This document shows positions 41,169-54,575 of a stretch of DNA of 64,000 bases, one piece after another; the first letter of the stretch is position 1; each line of letters begins with the position of its first letter. A program made the position numbers and the translations under genes. Source of the stretch: Harriotta raleighana. Its lineage: Eukaryota. Location of the stretch: NCBI GenBank assembly GCA_050575255.1, contig JBNZDD010013730.1, positions 6,106,543 to 6,170,542 on the forward strand. Reading direction: 5' to 3'. The notes below the pieces were generated by a model. It was not told the origin of the DNA. It saw only the letters and a program-made list of their open reading frames with translations, and did not search any database.

Positions 41169-41489
41169 ATTTGGTCAATCAGTTCCCTGATATTTTCAAC
41201 TCTTCCAGGTTGTTATCATCAGTAAAATGAGACCACTTGATTCCATCTACACTTCCAAATAATAATAATCCTTGCATTTGATGTAGCGCTTTTCATGTCT
41301 TCTGGATATCTCAAAGCGCTTCACAGAATCTACTGTAAAGTGAATTGACTTCTCAACAATGTGATAAGGCATTATATCAAATGCAAGAATTATTATTATT
41401 TGGAATTGTAGACAGAATCAAGAGGTCTCATTTTACTGATGATAACAACCTGGAAGGGTTGAAAATATCAGGGAACCGACTGACCAAAT
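41169..41489. repeat. Long inverted repeat enclosing two head-to-head SINE tails
   Basis: About 41169-41283 pairs with about 41375-41489, with roughly 8 mismatches in 115 bp. The centre is a minus-strand SINE tail (41258-41350) and a plus-strand SINE tail (41357-41401). Confidence 0.92.
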
Positions 41490-42024
41490 CAAGATTATTA
41501 CTATTTAGAAAGAAGGGAAGAATTAACAGAATGTGTACGACTGTTCAGATCTGACGTTTTCATAAACTTGACATGCTAAAATGCAGGATGAGCAATGTAA
41601 GCAGCTAAACATCAGAACCAGTGGGATCAATTTGGACCATATATCATGACTCAATGTTAACTTTATTGAGCACATCCCTTTTAGGCATGTGTTAATGAAC
41701 TTTTACATGCCTGAATGCATGACTTAACTACTCAAATTAATCACAAATGGGCTATTTTCTGTTTTCAGTTGTACCTAACTCATAAATCAATACAGCCTCC
41801 TGTAACAGTGCCATCTAGGAGCTGCAAAGTGTGGGCAACAGATTGGTTTGAATAAAGAAGGACCTTTGGTCAATTTGATCTCGTCCTTCCAGAAAACTCA
41901 CCCGACCATCTTCTCACAGTTGGTTCCATGAGGATGCAACAAATTAATTAATATGTTGGAAAATAACAATAACAATTATCCCTTCCTGCTTTCTCTGGGT
42001 CACCAATATTCCTTTACACATCCT

Positions 42025-42137
42025 TTTCACCCACAAAATATAGTCAATTCACTTTATAGTATATTCTGCGAAGCACTTGGAGATGTCTCACAGACGTGAT
42101 AAAGTGCTATATCAAATGCAAGGATTGTTATTATTAT
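42025..42137 (+). mobile_element. Deu SINE 3' fragment
   Basis: CCCACAAAATATAGTCAATTCACTTT...GTGATAAAGTGCTATATCAAATGCAAGGATTG. Confidence 0.8.
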
Positions 42138-42564
42138 GCTTGCCTTTGGTTCCTACCTCCCTTCCTTATGTCTGCACGTCTTCTAATTTATGCATTTTGT
42201 TGCAAGACTGAAGTCCCCTTTCACACATATATTACTTGTGTCTACAAAAAGTGTTTCCTCTCTTCTTTACACAGAAGGGAAGATTCCAGAAACATGATCG
42301 AGAAACAAGCTGAACTCGACAAGAACAAAAATATATGACAAATTAATTGATCTTCACGACACTGAATTGAGAATATTTGTCAAAGAATTTTAGTTAGGAT
42401 GAGCTAAGTGTGAGATTCAGACGCTAACTTTAATCAACAAGGTGCTTTTTATTTTATCATTAGAATAGTCGTTACTTCACAATAAGAATTATACCCTTAA
42501 TATTTGTAGGTATGTATAGGTAATGAAAAGCATGTTTCATGAAACATTTTTATGAAAAGCGTGT

Positions 42565-43182
42565 AAGTGATTCTTTGAAGGTGGCAGGACACGTAGACAA
42601 AGCTGTTAAAAAAAGCATATGGGCTACTAGGTTTTATAAATAGAGGCATAGAGTATAAAAGTCAGGAACTTCTGACTAACCCCTATAAAAACTTTGGCTG
42701 GGTCTCAGCTGGAGTACTGTGTTCACTTCTGGTCACCACACTTTAGAAAGGATGTTAAGGCATTGGAAAGGGTGCAGAGAAGATCTACCAGGATGGTACC
42801 AGGAATGAGGGACTTCAGTTATGAGGAAAAGCTAGAGAGGCTAGGTTTATTCTCATTGGAACAGAGAACGTTACGAAGAGACCTAATAGAGGTTTTTAAG
42901 ATCATGAGGGGATTTGACAAAAGTAAACAGGAAAAACTGTTTCCACAGTTGGTGGGTGTATCAGTCACTCGTGGTCACGGATTTAAAATAGTTTCAAAAA
43001 GAAGCAAAGGGAGGTGAGGAGGTGGTGGAGGCTGATTTGAGAGGTAGACATTTATTTGGGGAGGACGACTTTGCGCGGTTCTGGGGAGAGAGCTGGGGAG
43101 TGGGATTGAATTGCTCTTTCAAAGAGCTGGGACTAACTCAATGGGCCGAATGGGCCCTTTTGTGCTGTAAGATTCTATGTTC
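42565..43182 (+). mobile_element. CR1 LINE 3' fragment (ORF2 C-terminus plus 3' UTR)
   Basis: ORF 42694-43017 gives LEYCVHFWSPHFRKDVKALERVQRR...LGLFSLEQRTLRRDLIEVFKIMRG. The end reads TGGGCCGAATGG...GATTCTATG. Confidence 0.93.
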
Positions 43183-43209
43183 AAGTCACACAGAAAGTTC
43201 AGGAACATA

Positions 43210-43470
43210 CAGGTATCCCCCAATTTACGACAGGGTTGGTTTCCTGAAACATGTCACGTAAATAGAAACATCGTAAATCGAAAGGCAGTTTCCCGTGCAA
43301 TCCCACAAAATACACTATGTCCTGTGCATGCGCAAAACAAATGCGCCACATATTTTTTGTCATTAAGAATGAAATCAAATGTCGTATATCGATGAAAAGG
43401 TGTTAAAAAAAATTATGTTCGTTAAATCAAAACGATGCAAATAGAAGCGTCGTAAATCGAGGGATACGTG
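43210..43470. mobile_element. Tc1/mariner (Tigger-like) MITE, 261 bp
   Basis: TA|CAGGTATCCCCCAATTTACGAC ... GTCGTAAATCGAGGGATACGTG|TA gives a 22-bp TIR (19/22 match) with a TA TSD. Confidence 0.85.
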
Positions 43471-45731
43471 TATATTAACACTATGTTTATATTGCACATT
43501 TGATGGTGAATCAGTGCGATGTTGACAGCAAATGGATAATATAATTGGGATGGTTTCAGAAGTGGATTATACGCACCCAGGCAGTAAAAGCATTGAGGTA
43601 CAAATTTCACTGGACTCACTCCCTCATGTTCTATTCAAAGCTGCTAAACTTCCCGGGAAGTTGGAACAATATGTTTCAAATAACACTATTAAAAACCAAA
43701 TTGCTTAATTGATTCTTTAATAACATTAAGAAAACTAACAAGCACAAAGCAAAATTGGATGCTTGGTTCATTAAAATCAGCTCAAATTCCTAATGATGCT
43801 GGCAGTACAAATTAAGCTCCCCTCTCCAGAACACTGTGTTCTTGTTCTATACAAATGTAATTTGGTGGTTGTTGTTCTTAGCAGTATAAACCCAACATTA
43901 CACTTTAATATGAATCGAAGGGGAGATTTAGAAAACCTATATGTTTAGTTTTGATTGAAGAATTGTTTGATTTTTTGAAATACAATTTATTCCTATGATT
44001 TCACAAAACAGACAACAGTATAATTTAAGATACTTTAATTTAGTATGAGTATATTGCCCCCAGCACATTGGACATTCTCCCAATGTGAAAGGTGGTATAC
44101 AAGTATTATTATTGTTGTTGTTGGTGTTGTATAGTAAAGCAAAGGATGATTCCTTTTTTGATTACTGAGCATCTTATGTTTCCAGAATGAAATTCTGCAT
44201 CAGATTTATTTTTGAAAATTATTTCTATTGAGATAGCACACCTGTTCAGGAAATGTGTAAAGAATATTCTTGAGCTAATAATTTTTGGTTCAAATACTAT
44301 GACATATTAATGAGTTGCATTCATTGCCGTTCAGAACCTCAGAAATGAAGAATAATTCTAATCTAGTTGTAAATGGAATTCAGATACTGTATATAAATTA
44401 AGTTTGTGGCATTTGAGGACTGAAGAACTTTTTTTTTAAAAAAAACCACAATAACAACTTGCCCTTGTATAAAGGGCTCCAGGTAGGGTAGTGCTTCAGA
44501 ACACTTAACAGTGGTCTTTTAGTGAGTGAAAGCCGTACATTTTCTAATCACATATTTTTTGCAAAATTCTATATGGTCAGAACTCAATATGAACAGTTTC
44601 TATTGATTCAGAACTTTGTTGATATTTTATATACAAACAAATGGGAAAAGATATTCATGAATCAGGCTCTTAATCATGGATAGTCCAAAGAACATGAAAA
44701 ACAGAGGTAAGCTACATAGAATATTTATCATTCACTCTTCATTTATACAAATTGACTTAATTTAGAATTTAGTACAATATGCTATGCACCTTCAACAAAG
44801 TATTTTTTTTTTAATTTAAAAAACTATTTTTTTTAATTGGCAAAAGTTGCAACAACAACAATAAATTGCATTTATATACTGCAGTGTCTTTTTCAGGATG
44901 ATGACAGAAGGGGCCGTCTTACCAATTAATGGAAGGAGACTTCAATTCCAATTATATTTCTAATGACTTATAAATATAGAACCTGACTTAGGGATATCTT
45001 CAAAATTAGTAAATCCACCAGTGAGTTTCACCACTTCAGGCAAAGAGAACCTTCTGTTCTACTTAATTGTATACTGGTCGATAAACTATGGACAGCCATT
45101 TCTGGTACCATTTCTATAAATATAGTATTGGCACCTGAACCATTTCCTCTCCTGAGTAAATGCTGGAATGAAATACAACTACAGTACTTGTAAATTATAG
45201 ATAAAATTACAGAAGTAAAAAGAAGCCTCTGGTGAGCTGGTGATATGTTAGTTCACATGGTTAGAAGCACAAAACACCGAGCAAAAGGTCAAAAGTTTTG
45301 AATTACTGACATTTCCATTAGTCACGTTCACCTACCTTAGGTGAATAAGTTTTATTAGTTTTCAAAGAAATGCCAAGATAGAACATGTTATGCAATTGCA
45401 ACTCGTGTTGCGGGGGGAAGAAAACTGAACTCTTAGCTTCCTGTGCTCGAATCTCATCTCCCACCGGCTGACTCCGCATTCCCAGCTAATAGAGAATATA
45501 TACAGTGACAAACATCCTGCTGAGAAAAAGAGGAAAACTTTGAAAGATATGTAGATGCAGGAGTGGAAACGCAACTGCTGTGAATGTTTCTGGAAACATT
45601 ATCACTGATTTTTTTTTTACATTAAGTTACAAAGCATGAGAATTGGGTTTCTTCTTCAAGCATAATCAGACAAATACATTTCCTTCTGCAAGCATTCTTT
45701 GTGGAAAATAAGCAAGACAAACGTTACAGGA

Positions 45732-45872
45732 AATAATAATAATAATCCTTGCCTTTGATATTGGGATATATTTGATATAATATAATATTATTATTATTGC
45801 CTTATCACATCTTTGAATCATTATCAGAGATTCACAGAATAAAGTGTAAAGTGAATTGACTGCATATTTTGT
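45732..45872 (-). mobile_element. Deu SINE 3' fragment with a rearranged tail
   Basis: AATAATAATAATCCTTGC...GCCTTATCACATC...TAAAGTGAATTGACTG. Confidence 0.7.
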
Positions 45873-46748
45873 TGTACAGTATACATTCAGTATATGAACT
45901 CTAGTTAGGTTGTCAGATACCAAACTGAACCTAAATCTGGTCAGCAGAAAGTGTGATACTTCTGCAAATAGATTTTTAAAATTCTCATTTGAAAACCACT
46001 ATTCAATCTCTACAAAATTTAATATGCAGCCTCTTTAGTGAGCAGCTCATTTTGGAATTCAGAGCTTCAAAGGCCAAAGGAAGGAACCTACAAGTACTGG
46101 TGTGGGAATGTTCAGTTTTTCAGAAGTAATTTTCATGAAAACAGTAACATATTGACCAACTTTTTGGTATAACATGTCCTTTCAAGACTAGAATATGTTG
46201 ACAGCATCTACTTATTTTGGCTGTTCTGCAAACTGCACTCGATTCAGTAGAGCAGTTGCAGATAATAGCGCTGAGAAGAAAAAGTCTCTGGATCTAGCAA
46301 CCACATAAGGGAGAGGAGATTACCATCCCTGAAGCACAGAGTTATCCATACGGAAACTAGCAATTTACGAGCTTTCAGACAAGCACAGTTCATGCTATCT
46401 AGCTGCGGCTCCTTGTTGTGCATCGTATATCACTGAAACCCTTCCCATCCATCCCATCACGCATCAATTTCCCACACAGTAGCTCCATACAATATGTCAC
46501 ATAACAAAAAATGGGTCGTGTATAAAAATGCTCCAAAGAATGATCAGGATGATCCATATAGATTCTAATGTCTGATGCACCACATTGGGCCTTTCTACAG
46601 AAAACTGGAGCTTGCTTATGCCAAGACACATTGGCTGTAAATCAACAATACAATAGATTTAAAGAAGTCTAAAAGGATGGAATTTATGTAGTAAACTAAC
46701 ATTGATCTGCATCTCATCAGTTAATGAATGCAATGTATACATATACAG

Positions 46749-47000
46749 TATAATAATAATCCTTGCATTTGATATAGTGCTTTTCATGTCTTCTAAATGT
46801 CTCAAAGCACTTCATAGAATCTATTGTGAAGTGAATTGACTGTATATTTGTGGGCGAAACACGGCAGCCAATCGCGCACAGCAGTGTCCCACAAACAGCT
46901 GTGGATTGAAATGAACAAATTATTATTGGGTTTTTTTGAGGGATTATTATCAGGCGCGTATAGTAAGCAAAGTTGCCCTGCCAGGAATCGAACCCAGGGT
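46749..47000 (-). mobile_element. Short-form Deu SINE, well preserved
   Basis: Tail, core GGCAGCCAATCGCGCACAGCAGTGTCCCACAAACAG, and B box GGAATCGAACCC (GGGTTCGATTCC on the minus strand). Confidence 0.9.
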
Positions 47001-48600
47001 TATGGCATTAACATGGAATTTAGTTATGTAAAAAAAAACTGACAGAAGTTTGCAAAGAATTTTGTCTGCATTGTATTATTTTATAGTACAAATGTATGGT
47101 CAGAAATTCTCCCTTTCAACTATTCCATTTTCACACATGTTTCTCCATAAGTCAAAAATTATTCCTTTGAAATAAAGTGTTGTCAGCTTTTAATATATTC
47201 TGCTCTCTACCATCCACACAATGAATATAGTGGTAAGTCTGATTTGTAACACTTGGTCTCCCTCTCATTAATTGCAGTTATCAATTTAAAGGTGCAGTTA
47301 AGTTCTTTTGCAGCAACTAATAGGTCCAAAAATAGCAAACACATTGAAGAATGTTTTGGTCAGGTGCACATCAGATGTCATCTGCAGAAATCCTTTCAAG
47401 CAAAAACTTGTCTTACTTGTCTGTTTATCACCATTTATGTCAATCTTCAGGGAGCAATTACAAGAAAAATTGCATTGGGAAAAAGATATTATTGACCCAT
47501 TGTGAGAAGCTGTCAAAACACCCATGTTTCTAAAAATGGTACCTTATTAATCTGGTTAAAATGCAGGCAAATTTTTCATTGTAATTTTTCTTTCTGGTCT
47601 CACGCAAGGAATTCAACAGTACTTCACAAAACATCTCCACAATTAACTCCCAATACAATAATTGATATAATCATTATCATCAGTGTTATTTATCACATTG
47701 TCATAATTTTTATTCCCATTGATGTTTCAGTTGATGACACCCAACCTTTCCCCTCCTACACTCCCCAAAATTTGCAAAAATGGTTGGAGTTCAAATTTGA
47801 AATTAGCTAGTAATCCACAAACAGACTTTAAAATGTTGTGCGGTTTCAACGGACAGTACAAGTGTTTTGGGACAAAATATTTCCACACTTTCTGATATTA
47901 TATCACCTGTAATAATTGCCACATTGAATATCACCCTCTTTACATTTCCACGTGGAATTTATCCAACCTTCATCCATGAGAATATATTCTAGATTAGTGT
48001 GTCTCGAGCCCCTAATTTCTGTCAAATTATCAGAGTTTGGGTCGGAAGCCGATTTCAATCGACAAGTAAAAAGTGACATCTGGAATTCAAAATTGTTTGC
48101 ATAGCAATCACATTTGCACTTAAGTTTTCTCCTTGATGTCTATACCCAGAATCTACATCCTGAACATGGCTAAGACAGTGAGCAAACATCACTCCAGTCG
48201 CTAATATTGCTATGACTTTATGGATAACCCAAATCTAAAGGCAAATTATGTTCTCGTTTGCAGCTGTGGTCAGTGACAACCTGTTTGAGATCAGCAACTC
48301 AGAAGGCACACCATGCAAAGTCCTTTGTATCATATTTGCTCATGGATCAATCTTGCAGAAATTCCAGTTGTGTGCATCTTTTTGTTAATGTGGGATTTCA
48401 TGCATAGCAAATCTACCCGGGAAAAAAAAATCCCTAAAGTCCTTTTTGTAAAAATAGTATAGCTATGAATAAATATCATTTCACCTGAGAATTCAAACTA
48501 ACTTTCAGGACATTAGAGACAGTAGAGAAAAATCAGGCCAAAATGAAGTCTATGTACAGTATTTATACATAACATAAATATAGAGTATAAATATAAATAC

Positions 48601-48922
48601 CAGTGGGCTTTGGTCTGCTTCATGTCCCCTGCCTTCCAATCATTGGCAGGTGGGCCGTCAGTCATTCAACCCACACTCTCTGGAACTCCATCCGCAGTTC
48701 CTCTGCCTCGTCACATCCCTTGCCTTCTTCAATACCCACCTCTCCACTCCTCAAGGCCTTCCTCTTTGACCGTGTTTTTGATTAACCTCCTTCTCCCCCA
48801 CCGCCCTCCAGCCTCCCCAATCACTACCCCCAGCTCAGGTCCAAAATACTGTCTGTCCAGTGCTTTGGGCCATCCTCCCAATGTGAAAGGCGCTACACAA
48901 ATGTAATTTTGTTGTTTGTTGT
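48601..48922 (+). mobile_element. L2 LINE 3' end
   Basis: A frame gives TLWNS..LLKAFLFD. Tail AATGTGAAAGGCGCTACACAAATGTAATTTTGTTG. Confidence 0.85.
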
Positions 48923-50954
48923 AGTAATTATCAACGATTATAATATTATTTGGATAGCCTTGTTAGGCTCAGTGAAGCTACAGGATTTGGGATGCAAACA
49001 ATTTTCATAAGATGTGGCAGATTTAAAGACATTGTTTTTCTGTCTGCGTTGGAAGCTTCCTTGAATACAGTTATTCTTCAGTCTGACTGATTGTCATGAC
49101 TGTAGTGTTTTTCCTACAGGCCATCAATCTCAGGCATGAGCAGATCTCTAGGAGGCACCAGTATTCTGTCTGGTAATTTACTTTGATATTCAATTAAAAA
49201 CATTTTAAAATAGTGTTGTACATCAAAATTGCTCAATAGTTTTCGTGTGGCATACCACAAGAATTGAATGAGCCAAGAACAAAGTTGTCAGTTTTTTCCT
49301 GGGGATAGTTGTTTGAAATTGAATACCTGTCAGTTCATTTTATTTTCGACAACAATCAATCCAAATGTTTACACAAGTACAAACCTGACATTACATTTTA
49401 ACTTCATGCAAAAAAGGAATGTTGCATTCTTTTTAGCTCGTTTTCACCAACATCTTAGCTATTTTGTTACAAAAAGGAACGAATGATACATTTCTGGACA
49501 AACCACGCAATATGTGAAAGGATACTCGTACAGGGCAAGCAAGGGTTAACATCAGGGAGAATAAAGCATATAGAACCACAAGCCTTCAGGAAGTTTAATA
49601 ATTGACCACAGTTGTGACTTTGATTTTTTATGTATGCATACAATATTTGTGATTCACTTAAATTTTTTCAAGGAAGGTAACTTCAGTGAGATTCTATGTT
49701 ATCTTCAGGCAAAGCAGATCACTCATAACACTTGGAATTTCAGTCAGAGTTGCTCTACTGTACAAATTGCTTGGACTTTCAACATATAACAAAATAGAAA
49801 GTCAGTGCTTCAGCTCGTTTGATAACAAACATATTTCAAAAATATATTTTCCCAATTAATCAATATCTTCGAACATAATAAGGAACATGTTTCTTTGATT
49901 CATCACAGTAACAATAATTATAATCCTTGTATTTGAGATTCAGCCTCATCATTGTAAAATAGATTGACTGGCCAAAACAAGGCAGCCAATTGCACACAGT
50001 GGGGTCCCCCCAAATAGGCTTTTTTTTGTATTGGAAATAATACTGGTCTGAATAATTTTGGTCTGAGTAATATCAATAATTGTGCATGGGTCATGGGTCA
50101 AGTTTTCATGTACAAATAATAAATTCAGTCCTAATATACAGTATTAGGACCAAATTGGCAGCTGTAATAATGTTTAGAGCATTAAGAAGCATTAGTACTG
50201 ATTTGTGTTAGCTCCTCCAACCATTGCCCAAACTGGCAAAGCAGAAATCTACAAATATATTTATTCACAAAATGCACATTATTCATACCTTATAACATTG
50301 AAACATACAAGGCTTCTGACTTTAATATATTTTAAAAACATCTGTATTTTCTTTGGCTAGCTGGGTGTTATGCAGAAATGTGGAAACGCATTTCCATGCT
50401 TAATTTTTTCCACAAGTAATTACTGTTAAATATAGTGATTCTTTATTTCAGAAAACTTAGCTGCCATTTATCCTGCAAGTTCCCTCAAAAAGCCTCGAGT
50501 TGAATGTGACACATACTGCCCGGGACCAGGTGTTGGGAGATGCCTCTCCTGCTACTCACTTGGCAATTTCTGAAATGCCGTACCTTATACCTTCTTTCGA
50601 GCCTGAAACCCCCTCCACAGTACATTCCTTTGCGCCTTTATTAATTGAATCCTCTGTCCCTATCTATATCTTGAGCTCACTCTCCTTCAATTCTTTATTC
50701 ATCCTAGAAGCTACTGATGTTATTACGCCCCTTGGATTATTGGCATGGACCAATACCCAAGGTTGTTTTAGCGCAGAGGAATGTGCACCTGGTGTTTTGT
50801 GTAGACAAGTTCTTTTCTCCCTTTTACTCAAGGTTGCTAATCATGGCTGTGTTGTGGATAGATTGCTTTAATTGGTGCCTGATTGGAACAAGCTACAATT
50901 AATTTTTAATACCTCCATATCTCAACACAGGTGAAAGCTCACTATATAACAAAC

Positions 50955-51200
50955 TCAAAGTGTCATAGAATCTTGACTTAAACACACGGCCTGTGATTGA
51001 AGGTGGATAAATCCACAGAAACACTATTTCAGTGAGCGAATAGTAAATCTGTGGAACAGGTTGTCTAGGGATCGTTGAAGCAGGAAATATTGATTCCTTC
51101 ACCCACAGATTAGATAGTTTTCTTTAGAAAATAACATTTTGGGCTATAAGGCGAACTACAATGGACCTCAGTCTTTTTTTTATCTATCATTTATGTTCGT
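50955..51200 (+). mobile_element. CR1 3' fragment
   Basis: CACTATTTCAGTGAGCGAATAGTAAATCTGTGGAACAGGTTG translates to the HYFSERIVNLWNRL motif, followed by a UTR. Confidence 0.75.
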
Positions 51201-51302
51201 CCATAAAAATACATTGAATTCATTTTACAATATATTCTGTGAAGCACTTTGACATATTTTGAAGATGTGATAAGGTGCTATATCAAATGCAAGGATTATA
51301 AT
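51200..51302 (+). mobile_element. Deu SINE tail apparently inserted in the CR1 terminal repeat
   Basis: AATTCATTTTACAATATATTCTGTGAAGCACTTTG...TATCAAATGCAAGGATTAT, with TTATGTTC on both sides. Confidence 0.75.
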
Positions 51303-51934
51303 ATAGATTATGTTCTTATGCAGAGCTTCGGTCATTGCCTTCCAACTTCTAAATTATAAAAGAACAAACAGGATATTCAATCTCAGAGTCCAATGGGCTG
51401 CATGGCCTTTGTAAAAAAAAAAAATCACTTTGGCTGCTGCTTATTATACATTGCCACGAGGTGTAAATTACATTGTAACAACGCAAGATGTGAAGCATAA
51501 ATGCATTATAATTGAGAACCAATACAGGCCTTGAGCTATGGCACTAAGTATGCTCCCTGTCCAGTTTCCTAGATTAATTTCTTGCAGATTTTAAACCCAA
51601 ATAAAATTTGTTACACTAGTATCTTACCAGTACAAAACTGTTTGACATATTCTGTTCAGTGAATAAAATTAACTCATGATAGCCCACAACTGCAGCTCGA
51701 GAGAAAAATGAACAAAGTAGGCAAAATCCTTCAAACAGAATTCTCCAGAATACCAACGACAACCTAACGTTTACTGAATTCAATGCCTCAAATGTTTAAG
51801 GCTCAACAGACAAGCACTATCTAACCTATGTCATGATTTGTAATTCAAAGTTAGGGAGGGGATTATCAACCAGGGAAACAGCACCTTCTGCTGAGTATAC
51901 ATGTGTGTGGATATCAAGTGATCATAGGATTGAG

Positions 51935-52122
51935 ATTAGCTCTGATGATTGAGAGGATGGAGGGACTGGCGTACGAGAAGCAACTAGATAAACTTGGCAT
52001 GTTCACACTGGAGAGAAGAAGGTTAAGGAGCGATATGATTGTGGTCTTTAAGATTCTGACTGGAATAGATAATGTAAACCATTATAAGATGTTTTATCTT
52101 GCATTGGACAGTAGGAACAGAA
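51935..52122 (+). mobile_element. CR1 ORF2 fragment
   Basis: MEGLAYEKQLDKLGMFTLERRRLRSDMIVVFKILTG. Confidence 0.8.
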
Positions 52123-54254
52123 TGGTACTAATATGTTAATTAAGTTCCCAAAGCAGTCTTCTGCGGTATTTCCTTGATAATCCTTAAGTAAACCTTCACA
52201 AAATCCATCTGGACTTGCACCATCATTATCCTAAACTGTCCAGTGGCTTTCCATTGACGATGTTTCCATCATTTGAACCAACACATCTATTGTGTTCCAT
52301 GGAGTATTGTATTTATTCATTGTCTTGCTCATATTCTGCCCTATATTTTTCAGGACCCTCCAAGGAGAGAGTGCGCAATCCATTCCAACAATCCATCTCT
52401 GGAATTTCCGTGTGTTTGTGGGATGCATGGAATTCATCAGCTTGGTTTGGATACTCTTAAGAATATGTCAGACACCCTGCACAAAAAAAGAGATTATTTT
52501 ACGACCATTCAGGTGCAGTTATTGATCTAGCCATATTTTGAAGGAATTGTAAACACAGGATTTTACATTCCTAACTCCCGTGTTTCCTGATATTCACCAG
52601 TTCTGAAGTTTATTCTCCAGTCCTCAACTCGCAGTCCAAAACTGCCTGCTTACAACTGCATACAGAGGCATCAATCTGTTCAACAGAACAGATTGATGCA
52701 GTTATAGCACGCCATAACTGCATTGATCGAAAGTGAACATTGACACCTTCAATTCCTCAAAGCAACAAGAGCAAGGGAGAATGTGGAAAGAACCTATATT
52801 TTCAGCAAGCCATTTCATATCAAACCACCTTAAAGTATTTCATAAGCAATATTTCGCAAGTGACTTTTGTAGGAAAACATGGCAACAATTTGCATTGGCA
52901 AGATCCCACAAATAACCAATGAGATGAAGATTGTTCGCCACTTAACCAGTTAATCTGAACAGATGCAATGACAGTTTTCTGGCTCTGATTGAAACTATTC
53001 TGCAGATATAAAGCTACTTGCATCTTCCACAAATGTAAGGGAGGCACCAGACACATGGCTTTATCCTCAGTGGTGTCACAAGAACACTCTAGGAAAGAAG
53101 AATTCAGGTCCCACAGGATATCCAAAGTATGAACTTGTCAAAGGTAAAACACACTTCTTAAAACATAGAAATGTTCTGGTGTATGCTAGGAGGTTTTTTC
53201 CAAGCAGCAAATTACACCCCCAAGACTTTACTTCTCTATTAATGTTCTTCAAGGTTCATCTCAATTCACTTAATTAGCTAAGCATTTGTCATATCATCTC
53301 CTCCACAACCTACTACTATATTTTAAAATGTATTTTCCTCAACTCATCATTCATATTCATCTTTTTACAGTATTTGATTTTAGGACCTTTTACATTAACA
53401 AGAGTGTCAAAGCGCTTTACAGGATTTACTAAACGTAAAGAGTAAATAATGCACACCAATTATGCATTATAAAGAGGGTGGGGGAGTATAAATTACATTA
53501 GAGTGCTGTTCCTGATACCCCACTGCAGTGAGGTGTGCACATAGAGACACAAAACATGGGCATTAATAATTCTCACTGGGCGACAACATTTGCAGTAACC
53601 AAAGTAACTTTGTCTGTCTCCCTATCCCACAAATTGACAGAGAACCAATGATAACAGTATGAAATGTAAACCTGTACATCTTTTACAACTACATACAATA
53701 TACAAAAATCCATATTAATACCATTCCATCGGATATATTGGGGTTGGAAATATGGTATTTTGTCACCAAGATTCTCAAAGAGTACGTTCCTGGGAACTTG
53801 CTGGGAACCAAACTGGTAGTGCTTTGTACCAGCCTCTGCGAATAAAGTTCCAAAGTAGAGTTTCTGTAGGTTGATATGATACACACCATTACCCTCAAGA
53901 GTGGCAATTTGATTTGCAAATCCAGTTTTGTTCCTGGGTCAGAGTACTGGGCTTGTAAAACTCCAGTTTGTGGTACTTCATACTTGTTTACCTGCTACAG
54001 ACGATCGTTTGCTCCCACGGCAACCATCCAGCACATTTTGGCAGCCTATCTATGTCAACTTCCAAAAGGAAATGTAGAATAACTGCATCAATTTGCACGT
54101 TCAATGAATCTGCTACAATTTTTTAAAGATAGTTATTCAAGAAATTTGCAGTGGATAATTGTGAATTCTATTGAATGAGGTACTGTTTAATTTAACAAAA
54201 TAAAACGAAAGACTATATTGAAGAACATTTCTTTCTACTTCTCACAAACCACGT

Positions 54255-54575
54255 GGAGTCTCCTGTAGCTACTGTACTCCTGTAGAAGTCCTGTAGCAGT
54301 GGTTAGAACACTCATCTTACAAGCAGGATACTTGGGTTTGATTCCAGCAAGGCAAGTTTCCTTACTCCACACGCCCAATAATAATCCATCAAAAAAACAA
54401 TAATGAATTGGTAATTTTTCAGGATTGTTTGTGGGAAACTGCTTTCACGACTGTCAGGTTTCACCCACAACTATACAGTCAATTTGCTTTGGAGTATATT
54501 CTGCAAAGCACTTTGCGATGTCTAGAAGACGTGAAAAGCGCTATATCAAATGTAAGGATTATTCTTATTGTTATT
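54255..54575 (+). mobile_element. Full-length short-form tRNA-derived Deu SINE
   Basis: Head GTCCTGTAGCAGTGGTTAGAACACTC...GGGTTTGATTCCAG, core, and tail GACGTGAAAAGCGCTATATCAAATGTAAGGATTATT. Confidence 0.85.

Noticed and set aside
50500-50871. 123-aa plus-strand ORF
   Set aside because: It starts at TTG and shows no recognisable homology.
52354-52512. 159-nt plus-strand open exon candidate (DPPRRECAIH...)
   Set aside because: The acceptor is good but the donor (GTGCAG) is poor and the peptide is not recognisable.
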